DNA of 63,978 nt, counting the filler, from Craspedostauros australis (Eukaryota), in NCBI GenBank assembly GCA_030167865.1. It is 6 parts of 6 records of this genome, joined end to end, with 100 filler letters (N's around TTAATTAATTAA, not from the genome) between each part and the next. Parts side by side here need not be neighbours in the genome. Positions count along the whole stretch, not along the records: positions 23,000 to 50,539 come from JALAGF010004583.1; 5 more parts are not named here. The stretch is one strand, 5' to 3'. A program made the translations under genes and the position numbers. The notes under the pieces were generated by a model. That model made no database searches, was not told the origin of the DNA, and saw nothing but the letters and a program-made list of their open reading frames with translations. This document shows positions 22,956-35,063 of the stretch, in pieces (position 1 is the stretch's first letter; every line of letters starts with the position of its first letter).

Positions 22956-24189
22956 NNNNNNNNNNNNNNNNNNNNNNNNNNNNNNNNNNNNNNNNNNNNA
23001 CCTCAGCTCAAGCATCTTCCATCATCAAGCATTATCTTTCAGGTCTTTGATTTGAGAGTATGGTGACTCCATGGAGTTCTACGACTTCATTGGGCTTACC
23101 AGGCCATCGTTCGATCGATTGGCATAACTGCTATAGCCTGGCATTGAAGCGTTGCCCGTTGATCCATGAGCTGCGGCGCCACCACGACCATCATATATTC
23201 TCTGTTGTAAGTTTGACTACATCGATGTCACTGCCATTGCAATGGAGTATCTGGCTTCCAAGACAGAATTGTAGAACCATTTCTGGTAGGATCTACCTTT
23301 GTTGGAAGGTCGGAAGAGATCTTGGAGGACGTAGGGAGCAATAGAATGGCAGAGGCTGAAGTTGAGGCAACGGAAGAGCACTCTCGCGAAACAGGGACTA
23401 TGGATGACAATTGTAACCTGACATACGAAGCGATGGCTCTTGAGAAGAAAGCAAAGGAAGATGTGGAATACATCAATGATACCCAGAAGCAAAGAAGGTG
23501 TGAGTGGGAAGCTACAATGGCCATTTGTATCATCAAAGCATCAACAATGAGACAATAAGCAAGCAAACAATTGCGCTGAATGCTGCGATGGTTGGGATAG
23601 GTACGTGGAGCGTTCAATGAATGAAGGAGTGGACACCAGCAGCACAGCCAATGGAGAAAGGAAGACAGAGGGAAGCAGGAAAGCGACGACGCTTGGAGAG
23701 TAGTATGGAGATGAACTGCGGATGGCACGGAGCGACACATACGTATATACAAACACATTCATCTGGTATATGGCAGTTGAAAACTGCACTTAGGCAAGAC
23801 ACATGTATTTGTGAATGTGTGAAGCAGCAAGAGATGTGCGACACTGAAGCTGTGAATGTGTCAACATACGACCCCATTCAGCGAGGTCGAGCATAATCCT
23901 GTCAATGTTGTCCAGTAGGGTTAGATATATTTAGATAGCTCTTACAACACTAATACATGGCTTGTCCTCACTGTGGACGAGAATGATGCCGTCAATGTTG
24001 GTCGATATCAGACTGCGATGGTATCCAACAGAGTGGGTAGCGATGTTGTGACAGCTTCAGTGTCGTGTTGATTCCTCATGTTGTGGACGATTGGGCTCTG
24101 TTGTGCGTTTCCTCCCTTGTGCGTGTTGTGTCAAGTAGCACAGGGTTGTTTTTGGCATCCCTACACGTTCACGTCTACATTCACGGCAA

Positions 24190-25000
24190 CAACAGCAGCA
24201 GCTTCGCCAGATCGGCTGGCGTACATACAAGACGGCGCGACAGTTCAAGATGAACCGTGGGTCCACGTGTTTCATCTCCAAGTGGGCCTCGGGCTTTCTG
24301 GGCGTCAACCACAAACTTCATCAGACAGGCCAGCTGCAGTCGCCAAAATGCAAGTTCTGTGCCAGCAACGAGACCACTCAACACGTTCTCCGTTGCCCGG
24401 AGCATCAGGAAGCATGGGATGGGGCCACTTCTGGCCTAATCGATCGCATGGTTCAGATCGGGACCGCCCCAAGGCTGGTTCAACGCATGCGGGTCGGTCT
24501 TGTGAGATGGAGAAGGAATGCACGATCCAACGATGTGCAAAGCAACATCGGGTGGTACCCCCTCACAATGGGGTTTATCCACGAGGACTGGGCTCTCCAT
24601 CAGGCCCACTGGATGATGACGCATGAGTGTCGTTACCCAGATGCCAATGCTTGGGCCCGAGAGATTGCACGATGGATTTGGAGAACCCCGTGGGAGGTAT
24701 GGCTGGTGCGGAATGCCAAAGTGCATGACAAAGAGATGCACCCCTCGGTCCAGGACCTGCGACGCAAGGTCCGCCGAATGATCCAGGGTGCGAGTCAGGA
24801 TATGACCGAAGCGGAGATGCGTTTGTTCTGGGAGGGCTGACATATCGATCACGGCACCAAGGTTCAAATGCAACAGTGGGTGAACTCTATGATCGCCGTT
24901 CACGCGGCGGTGAGAGCGCGGCGACGATCGCGGTCGATGCATGCCGAGAGGCGGGCGTTGGCGGCTTGGTTGGGGCTTTCACAGCAGACGACACATGCCA
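24190..25000 (+). mobile_element. 5'-truncated non-LTR retrotransposon, ORF2 C-terminal CCHC region (resembles diatom Ambal-type elements), pseudogenised
   Basis: IGWRTYKTA...FISKWASGFLG...SPKCKFCASNETTQHVLRCP is the CxxC...ETxxHxxxC knuckle of LINE ORF2, followed by WEVWLVRNAKVH (W..RN..H motif). In-frame TGA at 24838-24840, with the frame continuing to ALAAWLG. No RT domain upstream. Confidence 0.75.
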
Positions 25001-25954
25001 GCTCGCTCAAAGCACGGCCCTACGGGGCTTGCGGCGGCGAGGGTAAAGCCTTATGGCACATTTCTATTGTAATCCTTGAGTTATTATTATTCATGGCAAC
25101 AGCAACACTTGCGAATACTCCACAGCATAATATAATACAATGGAGCACAGTGACTCATCCTATGGTATAAACATATTCTATACTCTCCACAACATAATAG
25201 GATGAACTTGATGCTTATCTTAGCAATCCGCAAGTGATGACAAGATAACCCTGAATGGGGTCACACAAGGAAAGTGGTCATGGAGAGAAATGCTGATGCA
25301 TGGAAGGAATCAATGGATTGACGGGCACTGATTTAGTCTTGGGGGCAGATTTGGATACGGGACTGGTGGTCGTGACTTGAAATCGGGGTGAACGAGGCTG
25401 GCGGGTTATGAAATTATGACCCTTACAACCACCTCCACTGTCACATGTAATTTGTGCTCTGTGTTGGACGAAAAAACGCCAATCTACCCGAAAACGCCAA
25501 ACACAAGGGTAGGCAAGTTCGCTGAGTTTAGTCCGATGTTGGCACGAAAGGAGAGGTTGCGGACAACAAGAAGTATCCACAGAGATTGCGTTGGATGCTT
25601 CGAGATGAACCGAACCGATGTAGGGTGTGTCCGTATTTCATGAGTATGAGTACGACCATGAGTAAGTACGTGAGATACTGGAGTAGTATGGTGGGCCACA
25701 TCGCATTAGCAGGATAGCACTGTATCCGTAGGTACATAGCACGTCGGCATCTACACTCTTTCTCTCTCTCTCTCTCTCTATGTATGTAGGGAGGTAGCAG
25801 TAGAGAGGTGGAAGAGAAAATGCATCTGCAGCAATAGCAAACGCATCATTCTTTAGCAATCCCTGATTCCAAAGCTTCAATCACTCGACTGCGCATGTAT
25901 CATACTCTGTATGCAATTGCTTCACTGCACTCCCACGCAAGCCCTTGCTGTGCT

Positions 25955-26950
25955 TCACAGAGAATCCATGTCCGCCAAGATCGCAAGCAGATCATCATCA
26001 TTCAGATCTTCTTCCACCGCCACAGCTGTTTGATCGTCGGTCGCAGTTGAGCTCGCAGCATCCGCACCACCTCCCTGCGTTGCCTGCCCTTCGAATGCCG
26101 TCGCCACAGCTTCGGGATCCACCCGATTGGACTCGTCGTCACGTGGATGCGGTGGGTTCAACCAGAACGATCCAGGTGTCGCGATATCATCCATGCAGAT
26201 CGATGACCAATCGATGTCCACGATACCATCCGCAAAGTCATTGTCCTGCAAGCACAGCACGCGCGTTCCGACAAACCGTGCCGCGCGGCACTGATCAGTT
26301 GTGGAGCATAGCACGACGGTGTGCTTTGGCTCAGGTGGACGTTCCGGATCCGCTGCCTTTGTGCCGAATCCAGATGAACCGCCAAACCCTTTGGGTTGCA
26401 CCGTGATGGAAGACAACGCCTCCAGCAGGTCGCGCGGATTCGGTGCGGGTTGTTCTGCGATCCGGATTGTCATGCCGGCATCGGATATCATCGTTCTTTG
26501 CTCGTTGTACAAGTCGTTGTCGTCGTCTTCGTTGCTGCTGTTGTCTTGGATATGATCCGTGATGAAGATGATCTTGGTGGCATCTCGTTGGCATTCATCC
26601 ACGAGGTACTCCACACCGTCCAGGAACTCTGCTTGCGACGACGACACGAAGATGCTATCTTCACCATAAAACACGAGCGCTTCGACCAAGTCGATGTTGC
26701 GGACCATGCGAAGTTGTGTAGATCGTGTGCATGGTGAATGGAGCTGCCGATGACGCTGCCCTGCGTGAATGAGAGCCGTGCCGGCAGTATCCAAGCCGCA
26801 TGTCTGTGATCGAGTGAATGGCGACCTGGCAGTCGCTGTGCTTGTTGATGCCGTTATCCGTCTGGTCACGTCATTGTGCGCGACATGAAACGCACGGACT
26901 GCGCAGAGATGCAATGCCGAAGTGACCGTCACGTAGTTGACAAGCTTCAT
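25955..26950 (-). CDS. Plastid-targeted HAD-like fold protein, apparently lacking catalytic Asp (~331 aa)
   Basis: Signal peptide ending VRA|F followed by an S/T/R-rich transit peptide. EALVFYGEDS, EFLDGVEYLV, KIIFIT, PAPNP, PKHTVVL and CRAARFVGTRVL follow HAD motif order. Confidence 0.6.
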   Translation of the reverse strand: MKLVNYVTVTSALHLCAVRAFHVAHNDVTRRITASTSTATARSPFTRSQTCGLDTAGTALIHAGQRHRQLHSPCTRSTQLRMVRNIDLVEALVFYGEDSIFVSSSQAEFLDGVEYLVDECQRDATKIIFITDHIQDNSSNEDDDNDLYNEQRTMISDAGMTIRIAEQPAPNPRDLLEALSSITVQPKGFGGSSGFGTKAADPERPPEPKHTVVLCSTTDQCRAARFVGTRVLCLQDNDFADGIVDIDWSSICMDDIATPGSFWLNPPHPRDDESNRVDPEAVATAFEGQATQGGGADAASSTATDDQTAVAVEEDLNDDDLLAILADMDSL

Positions 26951-27501
26951 GGCTGCTGGCAATGCATGGGATGGGCAATGATGTGGAGTTGTGGTTTGTC
27001 GGTGCAATGGAGCCGGCGGCGAAAAGATTGAGTTGCGGTGCGCGTTCATTTTGTGCGAGGGATCTGTTTGTTGATCTCAGAGATACGTAGAATGCCATGC
27101 CAAGCTAGAGAAGGAGAGCCGACGGTTTCGACACATGTCTGCGTGCTTGTGACATCCACTCTGAAGGGTAAGGGCGCAGCCGGCATGAAGGCCACCACCA
27201 AGGAAAGGCAGAGAGTCTGAATAACAGCTGGCTGCTACAAATGTCTAACTCCCTCAATTATTGCAGACGTGAGATGGGCGATCCATAGCATCAGCTGAGC
27301 ACTGCCAAGTTAGCATAAAGTAGAATACTCTAGTACAAGTAGAATACCTGTGTGTGCCTTTGAGGGTGCTTGTGAGACTGCGTGTGCCTGTGCGTGTTGC
27401 TAAGTGAAAGGTGTGGCGTGATGTGATGCGCCTTCCATGAACTTCTGACCATTGCGTCGTAAAAGCGCAAACGATAGGACCACGCAGAGAAGTCATGGGG
27501 G

Positions 27502-30101
27502 CTAGTCATCGATGCAGATGGCATCGTCGGCAGATCCTGAACCTCGTGGTTCTGGCTCGGCTTGCATCATAGCTGGAGGGTAGCGCTGCGTGCGGAAGGC
27601 GAAGTGCTGAATGGCATTACCGGATCGACCGTGATTCCGGCTTCTGCCACTGCCGTTGTTGGCGTTGCCGTGGACATAACCACGTCCTCTTGTGCCCATG
27701 GCGGCGGTTGTTGTAGTGGAGGCACCAGTGGCGAACAGAGAGTTCCTTTCGCTAATCTCGTGCAGCATGGCGGTTGTCGTTGTTGTCTGTGCCACGGGTT
27801 GGCTTAGATCGATGGTGGCGGCTTGCGGTCCTGCTGCTGCGCCAGCGCTGTGCAGGATGGCATTCATTGGGACGCTAGCCACGGTTGCCGTTGTCGTAAC
27901 AGGAGTGAACGGCATGCCCTGGGAGGGGAAAGGAAGTGCAGCGTTCATGATTTCATGGAACTCTCGAAGGGGGTCCAGACCAGCTCCGAACCTTGATCGT
28001 AACCCGTACACTTGACGGGTAGGCTGCGAGGTGCTGTGATGTGGCGGCTTCGACGCCATCTTCTTTCTTCGTTTGTGTTGTCGTTCTCTCTGATGGATCG
28101 TAGCAAGGTGGCAGATAGAGGAAGTTGATGATGATGGGCAAGTGACAAAAACGGAACGAGGGGAGTTTGAAGATGGACGATGGAAAAGAATGTGAGCACG
28201 AGTGTGATTGTGTGTTGAAAGTCGTGGTTGGGATCTTGCTGCACACATGCAAAACACACACAGCGCAACACAACGCAGTTCAATCCAACACGCGAAGATG
28301 GAGCAGGATAATACGCCTCCACAATCTGTATGGTACGTACCGATCTTGCAAGCTCCCGCAAACGAGATTCGTAATGCTTGACATCTGCCGAGTCCAGCAA
28401 ACCGGGAATCTCCGCCAGTATTCCAATCAGATTTTCAGAACGTCGATCATGGATCTTGTTGCTGATGGCCTGCCTGCAATTTGGGCATTCCTGGAGCTGC
28501 AGCGCGCACTTTTCGCAGAAGGAGTGACCGCAAGGAATCAAGGTTGTGGAGTTGCATTGGATTTCGAGACACACGCTGCACTGCACGCTGTCAGCGAGCT
28601 TCTTGATGATGTCGGGCTGCAGCAAGATGGGCTTTCCGTCTTCACCTGCTTGCTTGCTTGCGTTGGCTGCGGCAGCGACGGCGGCGGCTGTCGGTGATAG
28701 CTTCTTTGGCCTTCGTCCCTGCGCAGGTTTCTTCTCATCATCAACTTCTACCTTGACCATGTTCATAACACGCTTGCGACCCTTTCCTGCCTTCGGCGGT
28801 GCAACAGCGGCGACGGTGTCGACATCATCAGCATCGGCATCCGCATCAGAAGCTGAAGGTGGGTCACGTCTCGTTGGCGGCTGCTTCACTTTCCTTGACG
28901 AAGGTCCTCCTGGGGACTTTCCTTCGTCGCGTGCGAGCTGAGCCTTTTTGGCGCGCCGTTCCCTCTGCCTCTTACTTCTGCGAGAAGGATCAGCGGCTGG
29001 CTTGGAGTCTGCCTTGGTTGACCTCGACTTGGATGCGGAGTCGGCTGGGGCGCTTTTCAGTGAAGCCGTTGGGGGTTTCTTGCGCTCCTTGGACGGTTTC
29101 ACGACGATGTGTGTGGTTGGCGCTGACGATGTTGATGGGCGTGATGAAGGGAGGGAGGCCACGCCTGTAGGCGTTGCTTGAGAGTCAGTGCAGCTGCCGG
29201 AGTCGGAGGTGACTCGGGCTGCCGCAGCACTTTCGTCAGCAGTGCGTGCGCGATCAACGTCTTCACCATCGTTGGGGAAATCCTGTTCGATCTCCACTCC
29301 GTAGCCGTAGAAGTGATCTTGACCAAAGGAGAAGGTGTCGCCAGAGTCGAGGACTTTTGTTTGGCCTCGATAAGCGTTCCAGAATTGACCGTTGATGAAG
29401 ACTCTGCATGGTCTGTACGAATCGTCCTCATCTTCATCCTCTGGCTCTGTTTCTTCGTCGCTGTCGGCGACGGCACCACTTCGCGCACCAGCCCAACTGT
29501 TTTTGGAGGCATCGGCCTTTCGCTTGCGTTGTTTGTGGTCGATGGAATCGATCATGAGCGTGAGGGTGACCTTGTTCGGAGGGCATTGGTGGAGTGCAAG
29601 TTCCTCGTTGTCTTGCTGATCTCGCACTATCTCCACCCTCGCGACCTGTTTGGGGATGGTGATGTCGTCTATGCCGCTGATCACGTTGCTTCCCAACACC
29701 ACACTGTTCTGCCTCGTCCGCACAAACTCTGTCTCGTCGTCATCAGTATCAGCATCCGTATCAGCATCGGCAGCACCGTCCGGCTGTGCTCTCGTTTGTG
29801 ATTGAGGAAAGGGTTTGTTCGAGATAGTGCTCGATGCTTGTTTCGATGGCGCTCCGCTTGCGGAAGGTCTGGTGCTCCTGATCTCGAACGTGGGTCTTTT
29901 GGTGAGAGAAGGGCGGAGACTTTCTTCGAAGAAGCCATCCTGAGTCGGGATGAGACGAAGGAGACCAACGGCTTGGGTCGCAGAGTCCGTGTGTGCAGCA
30001 TCCCTGGTCGATGCTGATGCCGCAGCGCTGGCTGCCAAAGCCTGAGCTCGCTCTCGCTTCACCTTGGCGCTTGCGCGTTTTGAATTCTTCCCGCTGCCCA
30101 T
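27502..30101 (-). CDS. FHA-like + C3HC4 RING E3 ubiquitin ligase (CHFR/RNF8-like architecture), 2 exons (30101-28341, 28089-27502), ~782 aa
   Basis: RING CSVCLE...PCGHSFCEKC...ECPNCR. FHA-like VVLGSN...VARVEI...VFINGQ...KVLDSGDTFSFG. GTACGT donor and CAG acceptor join ELARS|RERQHK in frame. Confidence 0.75.
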
Positions 30102-31077
30102 TGTGGAGCGTGTCTGCGAGTGTCACACGAGGTTAGTCGGCGTGAGCCTGCTCTTCACGGGAACTCTCAGCTTCGTTTCTTGGTGCGTTGAGATGGAGAG
30201 CAGCAGCACGAGGACGCAACAGTGATATGGATGCCTATGTGAAACTCGTTTGGTCCTGGCAATCGCAGTCTTTTGGGGCAGGTTGCTGATTCCTTCTTGA
30301 CGATGCTCTGTCTTTTGGACTCTACAAGTACACTGTTCTGCACGCTCTTGTGGCTGTTTGGTGATCTACGAGCTGTTGGAGTGGAGAAGCGCAGTCGCTG
30401 CCTTGGTTCTTTGCGTTGATATGTTATCGAATTTGTGACGACGATCGGGAGTATGTGGACTTGGGCCACAAAGTTGTTGTGCTGCCTCCTCTTGGGCTCT
30501 CTCTTGACCTTTCGAGCTCCGACTCCATGCGAACTTGGGCGTGTTCCGTCGTTTGCAGACCACCGCGAAGTCCTCTCCCAGGAGCGCAACCGCGGTTGGT
30601 TTGTCTGTGTGTCGTCTCAGCAAGAGTTCCCACACACTTGCACATGGTAAGACTTCCTCTGTTCACACAGAGAACAAGAGACGACGAGGCATGGCGGTGC
30701 TCGCGCACTTCGTGCGTACAACTGCAGCGAAGTGGCAAAAGAACCGGAAAGAGTTTTTTGGGCGTTTCAAAACTCCTGGCGACGGACAGGCATCGGCCTT
30801 CCCGAATGCTGTCAACGCGGCTCCCGAAAACAATGGAGTTCGATGAAACTTCTCGCCACACGAACGCGCGGTGGTTTGGGTACGACGAGGAGATGATGGT
30901 TGGAAGTTTTGTTGAGCAACCCCAAGGCCCATGGTCACAGCGAAAGTGCGCATCGTGATGGTAATCGTGTGGCCACGACAATTCATCGAAATTCCAATCT
31001 GCGAAGATCTGAGATCATCTTGGAGTTGGGACTGGAGTTGGAACTGGGGTTGGTGAAAACAGATCGCCCACGCTGCC

Positions 31078-31105
<28 letters not shown>
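31078..31105. repeat. (AG)n microsatellite
   Basis: agagagag... run read directly; a shorter (CT)n run lies at ~25760-25779. Confidence 0.9.
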
Positions 31106-31109
<4 letters not shown>

Positions 31110-31151
31110 CTATAATAGCTTAGATTATATTATAGTATTACAGTCTGCTCT

Positions 31152-32870
31152 CTAGTCGTATTCACGCCGGAAGTTGGACTTGACTTTGCCGAACTCTTCC
31201 GTCCCACGGGTGAGGCTGCCGTCCACGTTCACTTTGTACATGGTCACCTCGCAGCCAAGATCTCTCAGGGCGGCGTACGATTCCTCGACGCTGCCTTGGT
31301 GACGTCCGCAGATGTTGCGCAGAACGTTCTCGACGCTGGAATTGTCGAGGATCGCCGTCTTTTCTGCTTCGGACAGACGACTCACGATGTTGCGCACGGC
31401 CAGTGCGCATTGCCGCTGCAGGGAGACCTTGCCGGGGAAGCGCTCCATCATCTGCACCAGCACGGTCATGCCGTTGGCATTCAGTATCGATCGGGCATTG
31501 TTGGGTTCGCGCAAGGCCATGGCCGTGAGAATCCCGCAGCCGTTCTCTTGGACGGAAGCATGGGCGCCGTGCTCCTGCAGGACATGGAGGATCTCGCCCA
31601 GGGAGGATCTGCAGACGGTCGTCTTGATCTCGTCGTTGGCGCAGAGGTTGCGCAGCAGACCGAGGGTGCTGGCCACGACCGCCGGATGATCTGGGAAGTT
31701 CCGCAGGCTGGCATGGATGGTGTCCAGGATTCCCAACGCCACCATGTTCTGGACCATGTCGTTATCAATCGCGATCACGCGCAGCGCCGACATGAAGGCA
31801 GATAGAAGATCGGCTGAATCGTTTGCGCTTTCATCATCAGTAGCAGCGGTGGTAGCATTTGCCGCAGCACCATCATCGCCGTCATTCTTTGCGGCGCTGC
31901 CGGACGATGCGACCGTCATCGACAGTCGGTGCAAAGGCGGCAACACGTTGTGCTTGTGCAGTTCCAGCATGGTGGCGTGCGCGCTCGATACGATCGGTTC
32001 CTCGCCATCTTGTGGAGCGGGTTCCGCAGAGGATTGGAACGTGCCCAGCACCCGCAGCAGAAGGCACAATTCCTTGGCGCGCTGCAAACCACTTACGACA
32101 GAAGCTGCAAGTGGCTCGTTCTCCTTCGTTTCGATATCTGCTTTGCAGTTGGTGCGCAGCACGTTGACGATCATGTCCATTCCGTCGCTGCCTTCCTCGC
32201 GATAGTCGAGCAATGCTTGCACGATTGCTTTCTTGTTTGGTTCGCAGAAATTGCAGATCGAACGTGCCAATTGGAACAGCATGACTTGCATTTCGTTGTG
32301 CTCCTGTTGTTCCCCCTGCTGCTGGTCTTGAGAGGATGATGAATCTGCTGCTGCGATGGATGCTGCCAATCGCCCGCACCATGAATGCTGGATGATGGGC
32401 ATCAGTTGCTGTCGCAGCTGCCGGGTGAGCGGGTGCTGATCGGATGGCAGCATCTGCAAAATGAAGTCAATTGCGTGCTGCAGTTTGCCATGCTGATTTT
32501 GGTAGTCCTCATCGTTGAACGCCCTGTGAATGATGGTCTCCGATGACTGCAGAAACAGAAGGAGGATGTGCTGCGCCGCACGCCGTCTCTGCAACGTGAG
32601 CTCTCCATCCCGCAGCCCACCGAGCAACGCAGATGCGTCGGAGCTGCCATTGGCAGCCATCGACGACTTGACCACCGTCTGCCATTGACGCTCCGCCTTG
32701 CCAATGTCCGAGTTGGGATGCGTGAGGGTGAGATGCTCCAACGAAATGAGACCTGCAGATGCCGACTGCCGCAGTTCCTTCGCGGTTTCCTCCACCGCCT
32801 GGTCGTCATCGTACTCAAACAGCTCCTGGCTTTCCAGCAGCGTCTCGTCGAAGTACTCCTGGGAGATCAT
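31152..32870 (-). CDS. ARMC6: Armadillo repeat-containing protein 6 homolog (~572 aa)
   Basis: N-terminal MISQEYFDETLLESQELFEYDDDQAVEETAKEL matches the ARMC6 ISQxxFDxxVxENxxxF motif. ARM repeats LRNLCANDEIK, MALREPNN, LAVRNIVSR and AYAALRDLGC-like C-terminus. Confidence 0.85.
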   Translation of the reverse strand: MISQEYFDETLLESQELFEYDDDQAVEETAKELRQSASAGLISLEHLTLTHPNSDIGKAERQWQTVVKSSMAANGSSDASALLGGLRDGELTLQRRRAAQHILLLFLQSSETIIHRAFNDEDYQNQHGKLQHAIDFILQMLPSDQHPLTRQLRQQLMPIIQHSWCGRLAASIAAADSSSSQDQQQGEQQEHNEMQVMLFQLARSICNFCEPNKKAIVQALLDYREEGSDGMDMIVNVLRTNCKADIETKENEPLAASVVSGLQRAKELCLLLRVLGTFQSSAEPAPQDGEEPIVSSAHATMLELHKHNVLPPLHRLSMTVASSGSAAKNDGDDGAAANATTAATDDESANDSADLLSAFMSALRVIAIDNDMVQNMVALGILDTIHASLRNFPDHPAVVASTLGLLRNLCANDEIKTTVCRSSLGEILHVLQEHGAHASVQENGCGILTAMALREPNNARSILNANGMTVLVQMMERFPGKVSLQRQCALAVRNIVSRLSEAEKTAILDNSSVENVLRNICGRHQGSVEESYAALRDLGCEVTMYKVNVDGSLTRGTEEFGKVKSNFRREYD

Positions 32871-35063
32871 GGCTTGTCGTTCTTGTTTGTTTCTCTTTGC
32901 TGTTGTGTTTGTTGCTGCGATTGCTACTCTACGAGTGCGACTATGATGAATGCTGTTGTGGCTACCGTTGCTCTTTGTTCCGAGAGGCACGTTTCGATTG
33001 TGATGCTCTCTTTTGTGGCCTCGCGACATTGGATGATCCACTTCCCCGTATCATCGGCGTGTTGGGAGGCACACGAACCGCGGTGCACAGTGCGGTGCGC
33101 GGTGTCGTGTCTTCGTGCACATGTGCTCATTGTTTGGCGAACAATCCGCCTATTCTAGTCGCTTTAGTCTAGATGTTGGAAACTTGGTCGTGGTGGAACA
33201 AGTCGAAACGTGTCCACCAGGCTATGATCGAGAGCAGACGCCAAATACGATTGCGTGATGGACAACAACCCAGGCGGCATGTAACCACGAGCAACTCGCG
33301 TTCTTCATCGCACTTTGTTCCTTCATGAAGCTGCCACACGGATACGACTACACGTAGCTCGCAGTCTGGCATCCTCTCTGCCCCGACCGTCTTCACAGAT
33401 CACTTTCAACGTTTCATCATGCGATAGCCAATCTGCTCCTTTTGACAAAGAGCAGAGCACGGCGCAGCATGGAGGAGTAGGAGAGGACAGTGCTGCATAA
33501 CTCTGAGCTGTCGGACTCTTAGACAAGGGTCTCAGTGCCCCATTTCGCCGACTGCCTTCGAGGTGAAGTCTGGATGGTGCGATTCTGCTCTGGTTTGATG
33601 CGGTCAGACTCTTGGGCTGACTCCTCGGTTTGCGCAAGAGCGTGACGAGCCCATCTCGCGTTTGCGTCTCGAGATCCAACTGGAAACGACTCGGAGCAAA
33701 AAGGAAACCGATCACCACCGAACTGCTTTCGTCGTGCTTTGCGCATGACGTGGATGGTGGAACGGAAAATAACAGCTGGACAGCCACAACGCGCGGAATC
33801 CGCAGCTGGTGTTCTCGGTACATTTTTCCACTTTCGACTAGATCGACTTGCTGCTGGACTCTCTCTTCATGACGTGTCATCCGATTGTAGGCAGTGTATT
33901 TGCGCTTTCAGCTCACAACAATTCTCCGGCGTTGGTATGCCCCTCCCGAGCGATCGGAATTTGGTCAATATGCATAAACACCACCCTCCACTTTGTACCA
34001 TAACTATCAATCACTGGTGAGGATCCAATCAGCCAACGACTTGTTTCCATTCACGTGGCGATGATTCTCTGTTGTAGGCTGCCTACTCAGCACAAAAAAT
34101 GATGTAGCGACGAAATCAGCCAAGATAGAGCACCACATCTGACAAACCCACCACCGCCACCTCGCCAGCGAGCCACGGAGAATGGCCAATGAGTTGGTCG
34201 ACAAGAACATGGCGGCTGGTGTTTTCCTTTCCTCTCATCCGTCCCCCGTAGCTTCCATGCCTTTGGCCATCTTGGGAGAAGGTCTCTCGGGCGATTGACC
34301 GCTGACGACATAGAGGCACATCATACAGACGAGTAGAGTGCTTGTAGAGAAGGCGTTGTTGGTGCTACAGCTGTCGATCGTTGACCAACACAACCGACTG
34401 AATCACAAGGACAAGACGGAAGAGGGACGTGGAAGCAGACAGCCGGTTTGCCACCACATCAAGAGACCACAGATCAGTGTTGCCGGTCGTGGAGTTGGCC
34501 TCGGACCTCCGTCTGCATCGTCGCTATTCTTCATCGCAGCAGCACGGCAAACATCAAACAGCTCATCGTCGCTTTCGTTGTAGGAGCTGCAGACAGTGGA
34601 AGACGTGTCACCAGCATCGCCTACATCATCAGCCATAGCAACAGCAGCAGTCGAAGCATCAGCCATAGCAACAGCAACAGCAACAACATAAGACGCAGAG
34701 CACATCGCCCCATCCCACAAAGACAATAAGGCAACCGTCAGCTCCTTCGCCACCTTTCGCAAAGCAGAGTCACTGCCCGGCTTCCACTCGAACCACAAGC
34801 ACCGTCAGCTACGAATACACGTTCGAGAAGAGTCCATCAGTTGGATTGCCCTTTGGCGCTTTCGCTCAGCTTGGATTCAACGTTCGTTCCATCCGACTCA
34901 GCACACAGTATACTCTGGACTCATCTCGTATTGGATCGGAGACAGCGAGGGAAGCTTCGACGTGGCTATCATAACTTCGGTCGGTACAGAACATCGAACC
35001 AGTTTCAGCATCAGCGGTTGGATACAGTTGTCGGCGTAGTTGCAACAGACAGAGGATAGGTAG

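Noticed and set aside
22900..22999. Recurrent perfect palindrome TTAATTAATTAA (5 copies), which contains piggyBac TTAA sites
   Set aside because: Always centred in fixed-length N runs and encodes stops in all six frames, so it is a scaffolding linker rather than biology.
23000..23950. Short ORFs with E/K-rich and Cys-containing segments
   Set aside because: Fragmented and CpG-poor, probably an old repeat, but no family can be supported.
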